Positions 1-10,308 of a stretch of DNA of 64,000 bases are shown piece by piece. A model generated the notes under the pieces. It did no database searches and had not been told where the DNA came from. It was given only the letters and a program-made list of their open reading frames with translations. Positions within the stretch are counted from its first letter, which is position 1. Each line of letters opens with the position of its first letter. The DNA is from an uncultured virus (IMG/VR IMGVR_UViG_3300038629_000369). Lineage: Duplodnaviria > Heunggongvirae > Uroviricota > Caudoviricetes. The stretch is from IMG/VR virus record IMGVR_UViG_3300038629_000369. One strand, written 5' to 3'. The position numbers and the translations under genes were made by a program.

Positions 1-225
1 GGCGACTACGAAGGCCGCAAACAAGCATGCAATGACTCGACGTAGCAAGCGGTCCCCTGTACGGATCTTCAGGTGGCAAAGTCTACCGGCCGGGAAGGTA
101 CGGTTTCGGATACCCCCCTGTCAAGCGGCGCCACGAGCTTCACAGATTCGGATTAGCCTTTCTTCTTGTAAATCTTGATGCCTCAGTTCTCGCCCAACTC
201 GTGTGAGTCGGGTAATATCCAGCGC

Positions 226-1008
226 ATGGCCGACAAGCCCAACGGTGCAAGTGGACCCCACCTGTATCTGCCGCCGTCATCGGAGTGGGAGCTGCCCGCC
301 GATCCTGGCGCTCCCCCCAGTGGTATGGCCACCTCGATGTACGGCGCGCCCACCATGGAGCCGATCGAGCACCGGACATCTGTACCCGAGACATTCGTAC
401 CCGAGACGACGCAATACCAAGGCGGCGGCATCTTCGACACCGTGACCGGCCCAGCAGCGCAGCCGCGGCACGACGTCGACAGCCCTTTGGGTAATCCGTC
501 TGCGCCAAAGCGCGGCCTCGACTTTGGCCCCATGCAGCAGCCGATGCCGCCCCCGATGGCGGCGCCCCACATGCCGGACATCGGCGCTCCCCCTATGATG
601 AACGGCGGCGGCATCTTTGCCCCCGACAGCATGGGCGTCATCGAGCACGAGATGGCCCACACGCTCGGCCTGTCGGTGATCAGCGTAGCCGTCGGCGCAA
701 CGCTCGGCGTCAAGTACGGGGGCCTGTACGGCGGCATCGCAGGCAGCCTATTTGCCGGCGCGGTCGTCAACGCTTACCGCGCCTTCTCTCACTACAAAGA
801 GGGGACCGAGGAAGACGACGCCGAGGCGAAGGTAAGCGGCACCTATGCGGTGGGCGCCGCGGCGATCGGCGCCGTGCTGTGGACCAAGCTCGCATCGAAG
901 TCGGCGGCGTACGAACGCAACTACGATGACGACGATGACGACGATGACGACGAGCCCAAGCGCGTGGCTGCCAATCCGGATTGCGACATTCGCCCGGTAG
1001 GACCGTGA
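226..1008 (+). CDS. Putative virion membrane protein: Pro-rich N-terminus, 2-3 Gly/Ala-rich TM helices, acidic tail
   Basis: ORF 175..1008, likely start ATG 226. Hydrophobic segments LGLSVISVAVGATLGV, LYGGIAGSLFAGAVV and YAVGAAAIGAVLW; poly-Asp tail. Confidence 0.55.
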   Translation: MADKPNGASGPHLYLPPSSEWELPADPGAPPSGMATSMYGAPTMEPIEHRTSVPETFVPETTQYQGGGIFDTVTGPAAQPRHDVDSPLGNPSAPKRGLDFGPMQQPMPPPMAAPHMPDIGAPPMMNGGGIFAPDSMGVIEHEMAHTLGLSVISVAVGATLGVKYGGLYGGIAGSLFAGAVVNAYRAFSHYKEGTEEDDAEAKVSGTYAVGAAAIGAVLWTKLASKSAAYERNYDDDDDDDDDEPKRVAANPDCDIRPVGP

Positions 1009-1018
1009 GGAAGACTGC

Positions 1019-1807
1019 ATGAATGAGCCAGTTCCCGTTCTTGCTGACGCGCAGTTTGGCGTCATGCGCATCATCCGTCCTGTGACGGGTTTCGAGACGA
1101 CGTACGAAGGCGTGAGCGCCGACAGTCCTATCTACATGTTCGAGGGCAACAAGCACCTCGACCAGCTCGCCGAAGACCAAACACCAGGCTACGACCCAAC
1201 GCTTGCGCGCGGCCTATCGGTGCCGATGGGCGCCCGCGTCATGCTCTGGATCCCCAACGTGTTTTGGCCAGACACGCCTGCCGCCTCCGGTTACGAGTGG
1301 ATCATCATGTGGCGACTGCGCAACGTGTTCGACTTTCGCCAGGCGCGCATACCTTTTCACTTTCCGAAGCAGAGCAATGGACCGGATGACACGACGGTGC
1401 CTCTTGGACAGCGCGAGCGTGTGACTATTCCCGCGGCGTACAACACCATCACGTACATCCAAACGGAGCCTTCCGCGCAGCTCGGCCGCGCGATTCAGCA
1501 CACTCACTCGGAGGATCTGGAGATGGGCACGAATGTGCTCGCGGGACCTTTGCTGCCAGATGGCACAGAGCAAGCTATCGAGCAGGGCGTCTTCGATCCT
1601 TCCGTCATCTCCGACGCGAAGCGGCCGCAGTGGCTGGTGCACGAAGTGCAGGCAATGGGCGACGAGATGCTCATTGCCGTCAGGCGCGACGCATCGGCTC
1701 CCGACACGGCTTGGGCGTTCGCTGGAGTCGACGAGCGTTTTTCTCAGTTTCTAGGCCAACAGTTTCCCGACGTGGGCGTCTACGTCAGCGTAGGCACAGC
1801 GCCGTAG
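1019..1807 (+). CDS. Putative structural protein (beta-rich)
   Basis: 262-aa ORF with GAGGAAG RBS, directly upstream of the fibre genes; no catalytic motif seen. Confidence 0.5.
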   Translation: MNEPVPVLADAQFGVMRIIRPVTGFETTYEGVSADSPIYMFEGNKHLDQLAEDQTPGYDPTLARGLSVPMGARVMLWIPNVFWPDTPAASGYEWIIMWRLRNVFDFRQARIPFHFPKQSNGPDDTTVPLGQRERVTIPAAYNTITYIQTEPSAQLGRAIQHTHSEDLEMGTNVLAGPLLPDGTEQAIEQGVFDPSVISDAKRPQWLVHEVQAMGDEMLIAVRRDASAPDTAWAFAGVDERFSQFLGQQFPDVGVYVSVGTAP

Positions 1808-1814
1808 GTTTTCC

Positions 1815-2867
1815 GTGGCTGCAACCGCACTCGTCAACAATCGCTTCCTGCCTCGTGGCCAGCCGCCCTCGGGCGGCGGCGGCAGTGGTCTTTGGGAGCT
1901 GATCGGCAACGATGTCAGCCTCGTCGACGACGGCAACACTGTCACCATCGGCGCAGACGCTCCGGTTGGTAGCGAGAAGGTACGCATCGTCGGCGACCTG
2001 CGTGTCGAAGGTCAGGTGCTCGGCGATGAGCTTCGCGCCGAGGACACCAGCGGCGGCACCACGGCGGTGCTCACGCTCGATGACGGTGTCACAGCCGCCG
2101 TCAGCGCCGCAGGCGAGGGACGCATTCGTTTCAACGCCACCACGATGGCGATCGAGGTGTCAGAAGATGGAGGCGCCTACACACCCATCTTCGCGCCTTC
2201 CGGCGGCGGCTGGACCGACGACGGGACCATCGTGCGGCTCACCACGAGCACGGATGACGTAGCCATCGGCATAGCGGCCATGGTGGGCGCCGAGCGTCTT
2301 CGGGTGACAGGCGACGTACGCTTCGAGGGACAGACGCTCTCTGATTCGTTCCGTGCCGAGGACACGGCCGCTGGATCGGGCGCCTACTTGGAGATGGACG
2401 ACGGCTCCACGGCGGCTGTCAGTGCTGTCGACGAAGGTCGATTTCGTTACAACGAAACGAATCAGCAATTCGAGATCAGCGAAAACGCCGGTCCTTACCA
2501 ATCACTGGTTGCCGGGAGCGCCCCGTACACATGCCCCGTCGGCGTAACCGTAGGCGACGCTGTCTACATCAGCGGTTCTGACGCAGTCAGCCAGGCTAAC
2601 GCCACCGATGTATCGACGAGCCCGGCGCTTGGGTTTGTGCGCTTCAAACCAACAGCCACCACTTGCATCGTTCAGTCGTACGGCGATTTGAGTGAGTTTG
2701 CCGGTCTCATCGCCGGTGACACCTATTACCTCGACGACAGCGCAGCAGGTGCCATCACCAACACCGCACCCAGTACGAGCGGAACAACGGTGCAGCCGGT
2801 TGGTTTTGCACGCAACGGAACAACATTGGTAATCATCATCGACCCGGCGGATGTCGTGAACGTATAA
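1815..2867 (+). CDS. Fibre/spike-like virion protein with duplicated beta module and C-terminal cement/decoration-like domain
   Basis: Internal repeat (W..DG..V.L...IG...EK.RIVGD.R.EG...AVSA..EGR.R.N...E.SE..G.Y) x2; C-terminal VGDAVY...ALGFV...YYL...ITNTAP...VGFA. Confidence 0.6.
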   Translation: MAATALVNNRFLPRGQPPSGGGGSGLWELIGNDVSLVDDGNTVTIGADAPVGSEKVRIVGDLRVEGQVLGDELRAEDTSGGTTAVLTLDDGVTAAVSAAGEGRIRFNATTMAIEVSEDGGAYTPIFAPSGGGWTDDGTIVRLTTSTDDVAIGIAAMVGAERLRVTGDVRFEGQTLSDSFRAEDTAAGSGAYLEMDDGSTAAVSAVDEGRFRYNETNQQFEISENAGPYQSLVAGSAPYTCPVGVTVGDAVYISGSDAVSQANATDVSTSPALGFVRFKPTATTCIVQSYGDLSEFAGLIAGDTYYLDDSAAGAITNTAPSTSGTTVQPVGFARNGTTLVIIIDPADVVNV

Positions 2868-2876
2868 GAGGAACTC

Positions 2877-3110
2877 ATGGCTGAATTCAAATATCTTGGC
2901 GAGCCACCGCGATCGTATGTGGAGAACTACGGCCCCACCAACGAGATCAAGGTGCCCAAGCAAAACGGCACCTGGGATGTATTGACCAAGGTCGGCGGCT
3001 TCCCGGTCGATCAGATCATCACCGACGATGGCGGCGACCCCGTCAATTTCACAGACGAGCGCTCACTGCGAACGCTTCGGACAGATTCCCGTTTTGAGGA
3101 AGTGGTCTAG
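2877..3110 (+). CDS. Small hypothetical protein in the structural module
   Basis: 77-aa ORF with GAGGAA RBS, fills the gap between the fibre genes. Confidence 0.6.
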   Translation: MAEFKYLGEPPRSYVENYGPTNEIKVPKQNGTWDVLTKVGGFPVDQIITDDGGDPVNFTDERSLRTLRTDSRFEEVV

Positions 3111-3144
3111 CGCCACCCATTTTTAGACCACACAGGAGAAAACC

Positions 3145-6100
3145 ATGGCTGATGCACGTGCACTAACAATTCAAGGCGGACAGATGCAGGAGTTGGCAAT
3201 CGCCGACTCGTTGTTGCTGGACGGTATTGAGATCCCCGACAACACGGCATCGGCGCTTGCCATCGCACAGGGAGTCAACGTCTACGCGCTGTGGGACACC
3301 ACCGACGGTAGCGAGGTTGCTACCTTCGGAAATACTGGTGTCAACAACGACACCCTGTTCGCGGGCGCGGGCGAGGTGACGCTCGACGGAGCTGGCCTGG
3401 TGTTTACGGAGCAGGCTGGAGATCCGGGCGCTACCGCCAACACGATCAAGGCGTACAGCAAGGATGTGACCGGCACCACTGAGTGGTTCTTGCAGGACAG
3501 CACAGGTGCCGTGATCCAGGTCACGAGTGGAGGCGCCGTCAACGTCGGTAGCGCCACCGGCACCGACAACATCTCGTGGGACATAAATCAGGATGGAAGT
3601 ACCGGGGTCGACGATGACCCGTTCTGTATTTGGACAGGTGGCGACGGTGCCGCTGAGCTGCTCCAGACCACGCTGCTGCAAGACAGCAGCGCGGACATCA
3701 TGTACCTCAACACCGCGCTCGCCGCGGACGCGCCCGGCGATTCCGATCGCGACACCGAGCTGGTGCTCGGGCCGTCAGTTGGCGCCGACGCCACCGGCAG
3801 CGCGATCAATTCGCGAATCGTTTTGCGAAAGCACGGCACGGGGCGTCCCGTTGGCGAGTTCTTGGATGCGTTCGTCGGCTACAAGTCCGGAAACAACGCA
3901 TTCCAGGTTCACCCCGAGCAGACAATCGGACCCAACACCGCTACGGGTGTCACTGTCGTCGTAGAGGGTGGCCAGGGTGTCGCGGGTGTCGGAGCCGCTG
4001 CCGGCGGTGTAGGTGGAGGCGCCCAGTTTCTCGGAGGGTTCGGTGGACACGGCACGGCCACCGGTGCCGGCGGGGCGGGCGCTAACACCATCATCTCGTC
4101 GGGTGACAGCGGCGACGACAACGGCGCCGGCAGCAACGGCGCCGGCAACCTTGTTCTCAACACGGGGCTCGACTCGGCTTCTGGACTAGGCGCTGACATC
4201 GAACTCGGCTTCCAGGCCGCCAACATCTTCATCGGGCAAGGCATCGCGTCGATTGCCGCGTTCTTGGATGACAACAGCGCAACGTCCTTCCGGCTCGTCC
4301 AGGGAGCGAGCAACTACTTCCTCATCGACACCCTGAATGCGGCCGAAGGCGTCAGCATCAACAATACGACCACCAACGGCTTCACCAACATACTCGGAAC
4401 GGGCGCGCTCACTGTTGGTGGCAGCGTGCAGCTCGGTACAGCTGCTACTACAAGCTTCTTTCAGGCCGAAGATGGTGCCGGTGCCGGTGTGTCCGCTGGG
4501 GACAACGGCCGCCTGATCTACAACGATACCGCTGGCGCCTGGCAGGTGTCGGTGCAGGGTGGTGCGTACGTGGACATCGCCACTGGAGCTGGCGCCTCAC
4601 CGGGAGGCGCTGACACCAACGTGCAGTTCAACGACGGCGGATCGTTCGGCGGCAACGCGAGCTTCACCTACGACAGCACCAACGTCACCTTCGCGAACGA
4701 CATATTCGCTGACGGCGGCATCGAGCGCTCGGGCGCTGGCGCCTTGACGATTGGTGTTACAGCGGCGGTAACATCGATCGACATCGGCGTCGTCGGCAAC
4801 CTGACGACCATCCTTGGTGACTTCCAGGTGGACGGCATCTCGACGTTCGTCAGCGGCACGACGTTCAACGACAATGCCGTGTTCGAGGGCAATACCACAT
4901 TCGGCGACGCTGCGACCGACAGGGTGCTGTTCGGTGCAACTGACGCGGTTGGTGCGCGCATCGGCACAGTGGCCTCCCCGAACATGCACTTTACGTTGGA
5001 GATAAACCACACCATCGACGTCGATCAGTCGACGACTAACTCCACAGTTGGCGCCAACCTCAGTCTCGCTGCTGCCATCGGTGCCGACGCAACCGGCGCA
5101 GGCAACGTCGGTGGAAACGGTGGTGTGTTCACCAGCGCAGGCGGCGACGGCGGTGCTGGTAATACCGCCGACGATCCCGGCTTCGGCGGTCAAAACATCA
5201 TGCTGAGCGGTGGCGGCGGTATCGGCACCGCCACCCAGGTTGGCGGCGACGCCGGCGACATCACCATCGACAGCGGAGTGGAGGGCCCAACCGGTGGCGC
5301 CGGAACAGGATCGGGCGGCGCCATCTTGGTAGGCGAGACCAACGCCGTGTCTATCTCGATCGGACGCTCGGCACTCGGCACGATGACGGTCGACGGCACC
5401 ATCAGCATGAGCGTGACCGACGACACCGTGGACACCTTCCTCATTGCGCAGGGCGCTGCCAACTACTTCGCAATCGACACCAGCAACGGTGCTGAACTCA
5501 CAACGATCGGACCAACCGGTGATCTCACCGTGTCCTCGGGCGACGTCAGCTTCGACATGTCGGGCCTGTTCGCCGTGAACATGACCGCGACCAACACGGC
5601 TACCATCACCGTATCTGACAACCTGGTCAACACCTTCCTCGTACAAGAGGCGGCGAATGCCTACATCGACATCAGTACGCTTACCGGCGTCGAGGCCCTC
5701 TCCTTCGGCAGCGCTGCAATCGGTCCCGAGTACAACTTCTTGGGAGCTGGCGCTGTCAACATCGACGGCAGCATCAAGCTCGCTGAGCAGGGTGCCGCTC
5801 CGAGCACCGGCGCGTCCGAGATGGCGGTCTATGTACTGGACGACGGCGGCCTGCCGCAGCTGTTTGCGCGCACCGAGAGCGACGGCGCTATCTACCAGCT
5901 GACGCCTCCGGCGACAGGCGGCGCAGCTACATCGATCGAGAACACTTACACCGCCGGCGAGGCCATTGCCGCTGGCGCCCCGATCATCCTCGTCGACGAC
6001 GGCGGCGTCCCACGACTGGAAGAAGGCGATGCCAACGTGGCGGCGCGACAGCGCGTCTTCGGCATTGCAACGGCGGCTATCGCCGACACCGACCCTGGCG

Positions 6101-6327
6101 ACATCACCACCTTTGGTCCTGTGGCCGTTCCTGATGCACGGTGGGACGCAATCCCGGCTGTCGGCGACGTGGGCTCTCCGGTCTACCTGTCCACGACCGT
6201 GGGTCAGCTCACTCTCACAGCGCCGGGTGGCGCCGTTGCGATCGTCGACATGGGCACTGTCGTAGTCGGCGGCGCAGGCAACGTCACTGTCCACGTGAAC
6301 GTGAAGCTGCCAGTGAAGACGATCTAG
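3145..6327 (+). CDS. Large glycine-rich fibre/spike protein (1060 aa)
   Basis: AGGAGA RBS; Gly-rich GGxGG tracts, repeated AQGxxNYFxIDT motif, C-terminal domain similar to that of 1815..2867. Confidence 0.7.
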   Translation: MADARALTIQGGQMQELAIADSLLLDGIEIPDNTASALAIAQGVNVYALWDTTDGSEVATFGNTGVNNDTLFAGAGEVTLDGAGLVFTEQAGDPGATANTIKAYSKDVTGTTEWFLQDSTGAVIQVTSGGAVNVGSATGTDNISWDINQDGSTGVDDDPFCIWTGGDGAAELLQTTLLQDSSADIMYLNTALAADAPGDSDRDTELVLGPSVGADATGSAINSRIVLRKHGTGRPVGEFLDAFVGYKSGNNAFQVHPEQTIGPNTATGVTVVVEGGQGVAGVGAAAGGVGGGAQFLGGFGGHGTATGAGGAGANTIISSGDSGDDNGAGSNGAGNLVLNTGLDSASGLGADIELGFQAANIFIGQGIASIAAFLDDNSATSFRLVQGASNYFLIDTLNAAEGVSINNTTTNGFTNILGTGALTVGGSVQLGTAATTSFFQAEDGAGAGVSAGDNGRLIYNDTAGAWQVSVQGGAYVDIATGAGASPGGADTNVQFNDGGSFGGNASFTYDSTNVTFANDIFADGGIERSGAGALTIGVTAAVTSIDIGVVGNLTTILGDFQVDGISTFVSGTTFNDNAVFEGNTTFGDAATDRVLFGATDAVGARIGTVASPNMHFTLEINHTIDVDQSTTNSTVGANLSLAAAIGADATGAGNVGGNGGVFTSAGGDGGAGNTADDPGFGGQNIMLSGGGGIGTATQVGGDAGDITIDSGVEGPTGGAGTGSGGAILVGETNAVSISIGRSALGTMTVDGTISMSVTDDTVDTFLIAQGAANYFAIDTSNGAELTTIGPTGDLTVSSGDVSFDMSGLFAVNMTATNTATITVSDNLVNTFLVQEAANAYIDISTLTGVEALSFGSAAIGPEYNFLGAGAVNIDGSIKLAEQGAAPSTGASEMAVYVLDDGGLPQLFARTESDGAIYQLTPPATGGAATSIENTYTAGEAIAAGAPIILVDDGGVPRLEEGDANVAARQRVFGIATAAIADTDPGDITTFGPVAVPDARWDAIPAVGDVGSPVYLSTTVGQLTLTAPGGAVAIVDMGTVVVGGAGNVTVHVNVKLPVKTI

Positions 6328-6346
6328 TGTAAGAAGCTGATGCGGT

Positions 6347-6386
6347 TCGTGGGCCCCCTTGGAATTGACCTCTCGGGGGGCACCAC
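6347..6386 (+). terminator. Possible intrinsic terminator/hairpin after the large fibre gene
   Basis: Imperfect inverted repeat CGTGGGCCCCC...GGGGGCACCACG in the intergenic gap; U-tract is weak. Confidence 0.3.
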
Positions 6387-6416
6387 GGCCCGTTTCACCT
6401 AAACAGAGAGGTCAAA

Positions 6417-6755
6417 ATGACGAAATCATCACCGGCAAGACGCACCAAGCGTGCAGCCAAGAAAACCACCAAGAACGGAGCGAAGGGCAATGGCATCATT
6501 GCTCTTGCGCAGCACGAGGCTGACAAGATCAGGAAAGACAACACGGCCATTGCCACGATGAAGATCGAGCTGGCGAACGCGCGCTTGCAACGCGACGTGT
6601 TGGAAAAGCGGGAAAAGGAGCTGTGTCGCCTCATCACAGAAAGAGCCAATGCGCTGACGGCTGACGCCAAGGAGTTTGCCGAGAGTCACGGCATCGACAT
6701 GAGCGCCGGTAAGTGGACTCTCCAGATCGATCAGGGACAATTCGTACGTAGCTAA
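6417..6755 (+). CDS. Basic coiled-coil protein, possible fibre chaperone
   Basis: GAGAGG RBS; Lys/Arg-rich N-terminus followed by a heptad-like helix; lies between fibre genes. Confidence 0.5.
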   Translation: MTKSSPARRTKRAAKKTTKNGAKGNGIIALAQHEADKIRKDNTAIATMKIELANARLQRDVLEKREKELCRLITERANALTADAKEFAESHGIDMSAGKWTLQIDQGQFVRS

Positions 6756-6766
6756 AGGAACACGGC

Positions 6767-7777
6767 GTGGCGGAAGTTCAGCTATACAAACGCGGCATCG
6801 GAAACAACGTCATCGAGGGCGTTGACGGTGCGGCTGATTCCGCCCGCTTTGTATCTCTTGGCCTTGGGATCGCTTCCCCGGTAAGCGGTCTCCAGATCGA
6901 GGGCGGCTCGATCAGCATCGGCGACGGCGGCACAACCGCCGCCCATCTGCAAATGGAGCAGGGGCAGTCGTCCGCAGTAGGTGGCTCCGACATCGGTCGC
7001 ATTCGCTACAACTCGACAACCAATCAATGGGAGGCGTCCGAGAATGGCGTTGCCTATACGGCGTTCGTCACAGGACCAGGCGTTGCCGGCGGCTGGACCG
7101 ACGACGGCGCGATAGTTCGACTCTCGACGACCGCCGACACGCTATCGATCGGCGCCACCGTGATGGCCGGCACCGAGAAGGTGCGGATCGTCGGCGACCT
7201 CCGCGTGGAGGGCAACCTTGAGCTGACAGGCTTCGTCGACACGTCGCTGCGCATCGAGGATGGCAGCGGCGCATCTGACGGCGTGTTCTTGGAGTTGGCC
7301 GGCGGCACCGACGCAGCGGTGAGCGCAGCCGACGAGATGCGGTTTCGCTATAACCAGATCGACGACGTGGTGGAGGTCTCCGAGAGCACCGGCGCCTATC
7401 ACCGGCTCGTGCCGCTCGCAAACGCGGCGACGGCGACAGTTGACACCACCACCACCAGCGCCACGGACGTGCTGGTCAATGCGATGACGCTCACCCCGCC
7501 GGCGGGTACCTATGCGGTATCGTTCACCGGCAGCACCGATCACAGCGCTAACAACGGCGCGGGGCAAATGAGCATCTACGCCGGCGGCGTACAGGTGGCT
7601 TCGTCAGAGCGCGGGTTTATGCGCGGCGCCGGGCAGGGCAATGTGACCGTCAGCTTTGCGTGCACGGCCATCGTGACCGTGGACGGCGTCGAGACCATTG
7701 AAGGCCAGTGGCGCACGGCCGCCTCCACGTTCACGATGCACGAGCGAACGCTGCTTATTGTTGAGGTGAGGACGTGA
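6767..7777 (+). CDS. Fibre/spike-like protein paralogous to 1815..2867
   Basis: Shares GGWTDDG.IVRL and EKVRIVGDLRVEG motifs; has a different C-terminal beta-sandwich-like domain. Confidence 0.6.
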   Translation: MAEVQLYKRGIGNNVIEGVDGAADSARFVSLGLGIASPVSGLQIEGGSISIGDGGTTAAHLQMEQGQSSAVGGSDIGRIRYNSTTNQWEASENGVAYTAFVTGPGVAGGWTDDGAIVRLSTTADTLSIGATVMAGTEKVRIVGDLRVEGNLELTGFVDTSLRIEDGSGASDGVFLELAGGTDAAVSAADEMRFRYNQIDDVVEVSESTGAYHRLVPLANAATATVDTTTTSATDVLVNAMTLTPPAGTYAVSFTGSTDHSANNGAGQMSIYAGGVQVASSERGFMRGAGQGNVTVSFACTAIVTVDGVETIEGQWRTAASTFTMHERTLLIVEVRT

Positions 7778-8367
7778 GCCAAACTTACAACTACAGCATC
7801 GCCAACGACACAGCGAATGGTGAGGTCAACTCGACTGTATTGCAGTCCCAGATCAACGATTCAAGCATCTCAACCGGCGTGCTCATCGACATCGGCACAA
7901 CTGGCGACGACCTGGGGATCACGTTCGATGTGGCGCTCAGCGCTGGTGACAAGACGACGCTTGACGGCGTCGTGGCGGCGCATACAGGCGTGTCTCTCAC
8001 CGGCAATACGCAGCAAGGAACCTCCGAGGGCGCCTCGACCACGACGCAGACAACTTACCAAAACAAGCTAGGTCCCACGTCCCAACCGCTGGTTGGCGGG
8101 GTGTACCAGCTGATTTGGTATTGCGAGCTGCGCGTCACAGGTGGACTTGGAGATCGGTGCCAAGTGCGTGTTCGCTTCAACGGATCAAACGTTGGCGAAG
8201 GCAACAACGAGCAGCCCAACTGGAATCCAGCATCAGGCTCGGGGGCGCTCACTTTTGCGGATGGCGACACGCCGGCATTCGACATTATGTTCCGGAGACA
8301 AGGTGTCGCAGGCGACACTGCCGAGGTGCGCCGCGCCCGCCTTTATCTCATCCCGCTGAACGAGTAG
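7774..8367 (+). CDS. Putative virion accessory/fibre-tip protein
   Basis: GTGA overlap with the upstream gene; Thr/Gly/Ser-rich, beta-rich C-terminus. Confidence 0.5.
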   Translation: MSQTYNYSIANDTANGEVNSTVLQSQINDSSISTGVLIDIGTTGDDLGITFDVALSAGDKTTLDGVVAAHTGVSLTGNTQQGTSEGASTTTQTTYQNKLGPTSQPLVGGVYQLIWYCELRVTGGLGDRCQVRVRFNGSNVGEGNNEQPNWNPASGSGALTFADGDTPAFDIMFRRQGVAGDTAEVRRARLYLIPLNE

Positions 8368-8384
8368 AAAGGGGATCATCAGTC

Positions 8385-8882
8385 ATGAGCAACAGTAACA
8401 GCAACGACTACGACGCATTCGAGGACGTCATCGGCGACTACAACGGTGTATTCGGCGCAACTGAGGCTGGGCTCGACCCTGGTCTCAAAAAGCACGAGGA
8501 CGTGCAAGTCAAGACCACGAAACACGGCGTGGTTTTTCAGCTGAGCTGTCAGGGCTGCGGCAAGCCCACGCAAATGACCGTCGAGTGGCCCGAGATGGTG
8601 GCGCTCAAGTACGGCGTCAATCCGGCCATCGCGTTCCGCGGCCACTCCGGCATGATCCAGAACCCGACGCGCTGGGAGTTTCGCCCCGATGAGCAGGCGT
8701 GGCGTCCGGATATGCAGTGCCGTCATTGCCAGTTTCACATTCCACTGCGCGTGTCGCCGGCTGAGCCTGAGCGGTTTCTGGCAGCAGGGCGTCGCTCCAG
8801 CTACATCAACCCCCAGGGCGAGCAACAGGTGGCCCAGATCGCAGCAGCGGCCGCACGCCAAGGCCAGGCAGTCCGCCGGTAG
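8385..8882 (+). CDS. Zinc-binding hypothetical protein
   Basis: ATG 8385 after an AAGGGG RBS; CQGC...CRHC pairs. Confidence 0.55.
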   Translation: MSNSNSNDYDAFEDVIGDYNGVFGATEAGLDPGLKKHEDVQVKTTKHGVVFQLSCQGCGKPTQMTVEWPEMVALKYGVNPAIAFRGHSGMIQNPTRWEFRPDEQAWRPDMQCRHCQFHIPLRVSPAEPERFLAAGRRSSYINPQGEQQVAQIAAAAARQGQAVRR

Positions 8883-8888
8883 GGATCT

Positions 8889-9407
8889 GTGCTCGATGCT
8901 GAGGTTGCTGCCGTCATTCTCGAACCGCACTTCGACGCGGTAAGAGACACCTTCGTCGAGTACGCACCAGAGCCTGGCTCGCAACTCACCAAGCTGAAAA
9001 AGACGCGCTTCGTCGTCGACCCCGAGGTGCACGACAGCGAGCGTCACTTCGCCATGTGTCGCGACGACGGCGCGCTCATCCGCATTGCGCCCGAGGCAGC
9101 AGAGCTGCCGCTCGAAAATCTCGTCGCGATCTTGAGCCACGAGTTTGGTCACGCCGCCGACTTCGCCTACCCAGCCAAGTGGGTGACGCCGCCACGCGGC
9201 AGCGGCGAGGCCGTGTGGCTGGGGGATCGAGACGACAAGCCGGCTCGTAAGTGGTTGCGTCTATGGTCGGAGCGCAACGACGACCAAGTGGAGTGGGCCG
9301 CTGACTCGATCGCCTCGACGGTCACAGGCATCGAGATCCGTTATTGCGGCCGGTGCGTGCTCCAGTGTTTCAGTGGTGACAAGCGCCGCCCGGCGGGGCT
9401 CCGGTGA
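8889..9407 (+). CDS. Zincin-like metallopeptidase (HExxH)
   Basis: ILSHEFGHAAD plus a downstream E..AD helix. Confidence 0.55.
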   Translation: MLDAEVAAVILEPHFDAVRDTFVEYAPEPGSQLTKLKKTRFVVDPEVHDSERHFAMCRDDGALIRIAPEAAELPLENLVAILSHEFGHAADFAYPAKWVTPPRGSGEAVWLGDRDDKPARKWLRLWSERNDDQVEWAADSIASTVTGIEIRYCGRCVLQCFSGDKRRPAGLR

Positions 9408-9739
9408 ACGCTTACGGTCAGGAGCTTCCCGAGGGAACCATCGAGCAGCTACCCGAGAAGGTACGGTACGTTCGTGACCACATCGATCAGCCAGCCATGC
9501 AGGCCATCGTTGCGATGAGCGTGATCGGCGGCTTCGGCGTGGCGGCAATGTTTGTGCGCGGCGCTCTGACGGAGGCCCAGACCGAAGACGAGCGCATCGC
9601 CCAGCGCAACACGATCAAGTTCCTTGGCGGCGCCATCGTTGCCTACGCGGCGTTTCAGCTGTGGGACATCGACAAGCGCTGGTGGAGCGTCGAGAAGGCC
9701 AGCCAGGAGCTGGAGAAGGTGATCGAGGGACACTTATGA
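9404..9739 (+). CDS. Small membrane protein (2 TM)
   Basis: Two hydrophobic helices; 4-bp overlaps at both ends. Confidence 0.55.
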   Translation: MNAYGQELPEGTIEQLPEKVRYVRDHIDQPAMQAIVAMSVIGGFGVAAMFVRGALTEAQTEDERIAQRNTIKFLGGAIVAYAAFQLWDIDKRWWSVEKASQELEKVIEGHL

Positions 9740-10281
9740 ACCATCCGTATCGACCAGCACCCAAGAGCCCGCGCGCCGGAATGAACGCATGGCTGGAGTA
9801 CGCGCGCTGGTGGCTTCATGGGCGCGCCTTCACCAGCGTCTTCGAGCCCATCTTCTACGCAGTGGTGGTGATCCTCATCTTCGTGGTCGTCATGGGTATC
9901 CAGGGTTGCACCGACCCAGCTCGCCAGATCCAAGCTCGCGCTGCCGACTCGGTGGCGCAGGCCGCTAACTCGGCGTTACCCATCCTCATTGAGCGCTACC
10001 GTCAGGACGGCTTTCGCGCGCTCGACAAGCTCAAGGCCGCCGGTGGCACAGCCGACGACGTACCAGCCACCCTGGACGCCGTGAGGGCCAAATGGAAGCC
10101 GGTGTGGGACGCCTGGAAGGCGCTCGTGGTGGCGCAGGATGCGTGGGCAGATGCACTGGAGGGTGGCGGCAACCCGACAGCAGCCGTGACGGCGCTCAAA
10201 GACGCCTACTGCGGCCTCCGTGGAGTTTGGCCCGAGGACATTCCTGCTGTACCCTTGGCACCAGTCAAGTGCCCAGAATGA
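9736..10281 (+). CDS. Membrane-anchored protein or lipoprotein
   Basis: ATGA overlap at 9736; hydrophobic segment ending in a lipobox-like IQGC. Confidence 0.5.
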   Translation: MNHPYRPAPKSPRAGMNAWLEYARWWLHGRAFTSVFEPIFYAVVVILIFVVVMGIQGCTDPARQIQARAADSVAQAANSALPILIERYRQDGFRALDKLKAAGGTADDVPATLDAVRAKWKPVWDAWKALVVAQDAWADALEGGGNPTAAVTALKDAYCGLRGVWPEDIPAVPLAPVKCPE

Positions 10282-10308
10282 CCTGATCACCATGACGAGG
10301 CGCCCGAA

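Noticed and set aside
646..660. HEMAH (HExxH) in the first ORF as a metalloprotease site
   Set aside because: Sits between a low-complexity Pro/Met region and TM helices, with no zincin scaffold evident.
924..953. GAC/GAT trinucleotide repeat
   Set aside because: Encodes a poly-Asp tract.
4597..6294. 565-aa minus-strand ORF and similar long antisense ORFs (e.g. 61454..62806, 41902..42681)
   Set aside because: Shadow frames of GC-rich genes on the opposite strand, with no motifs or RBS.
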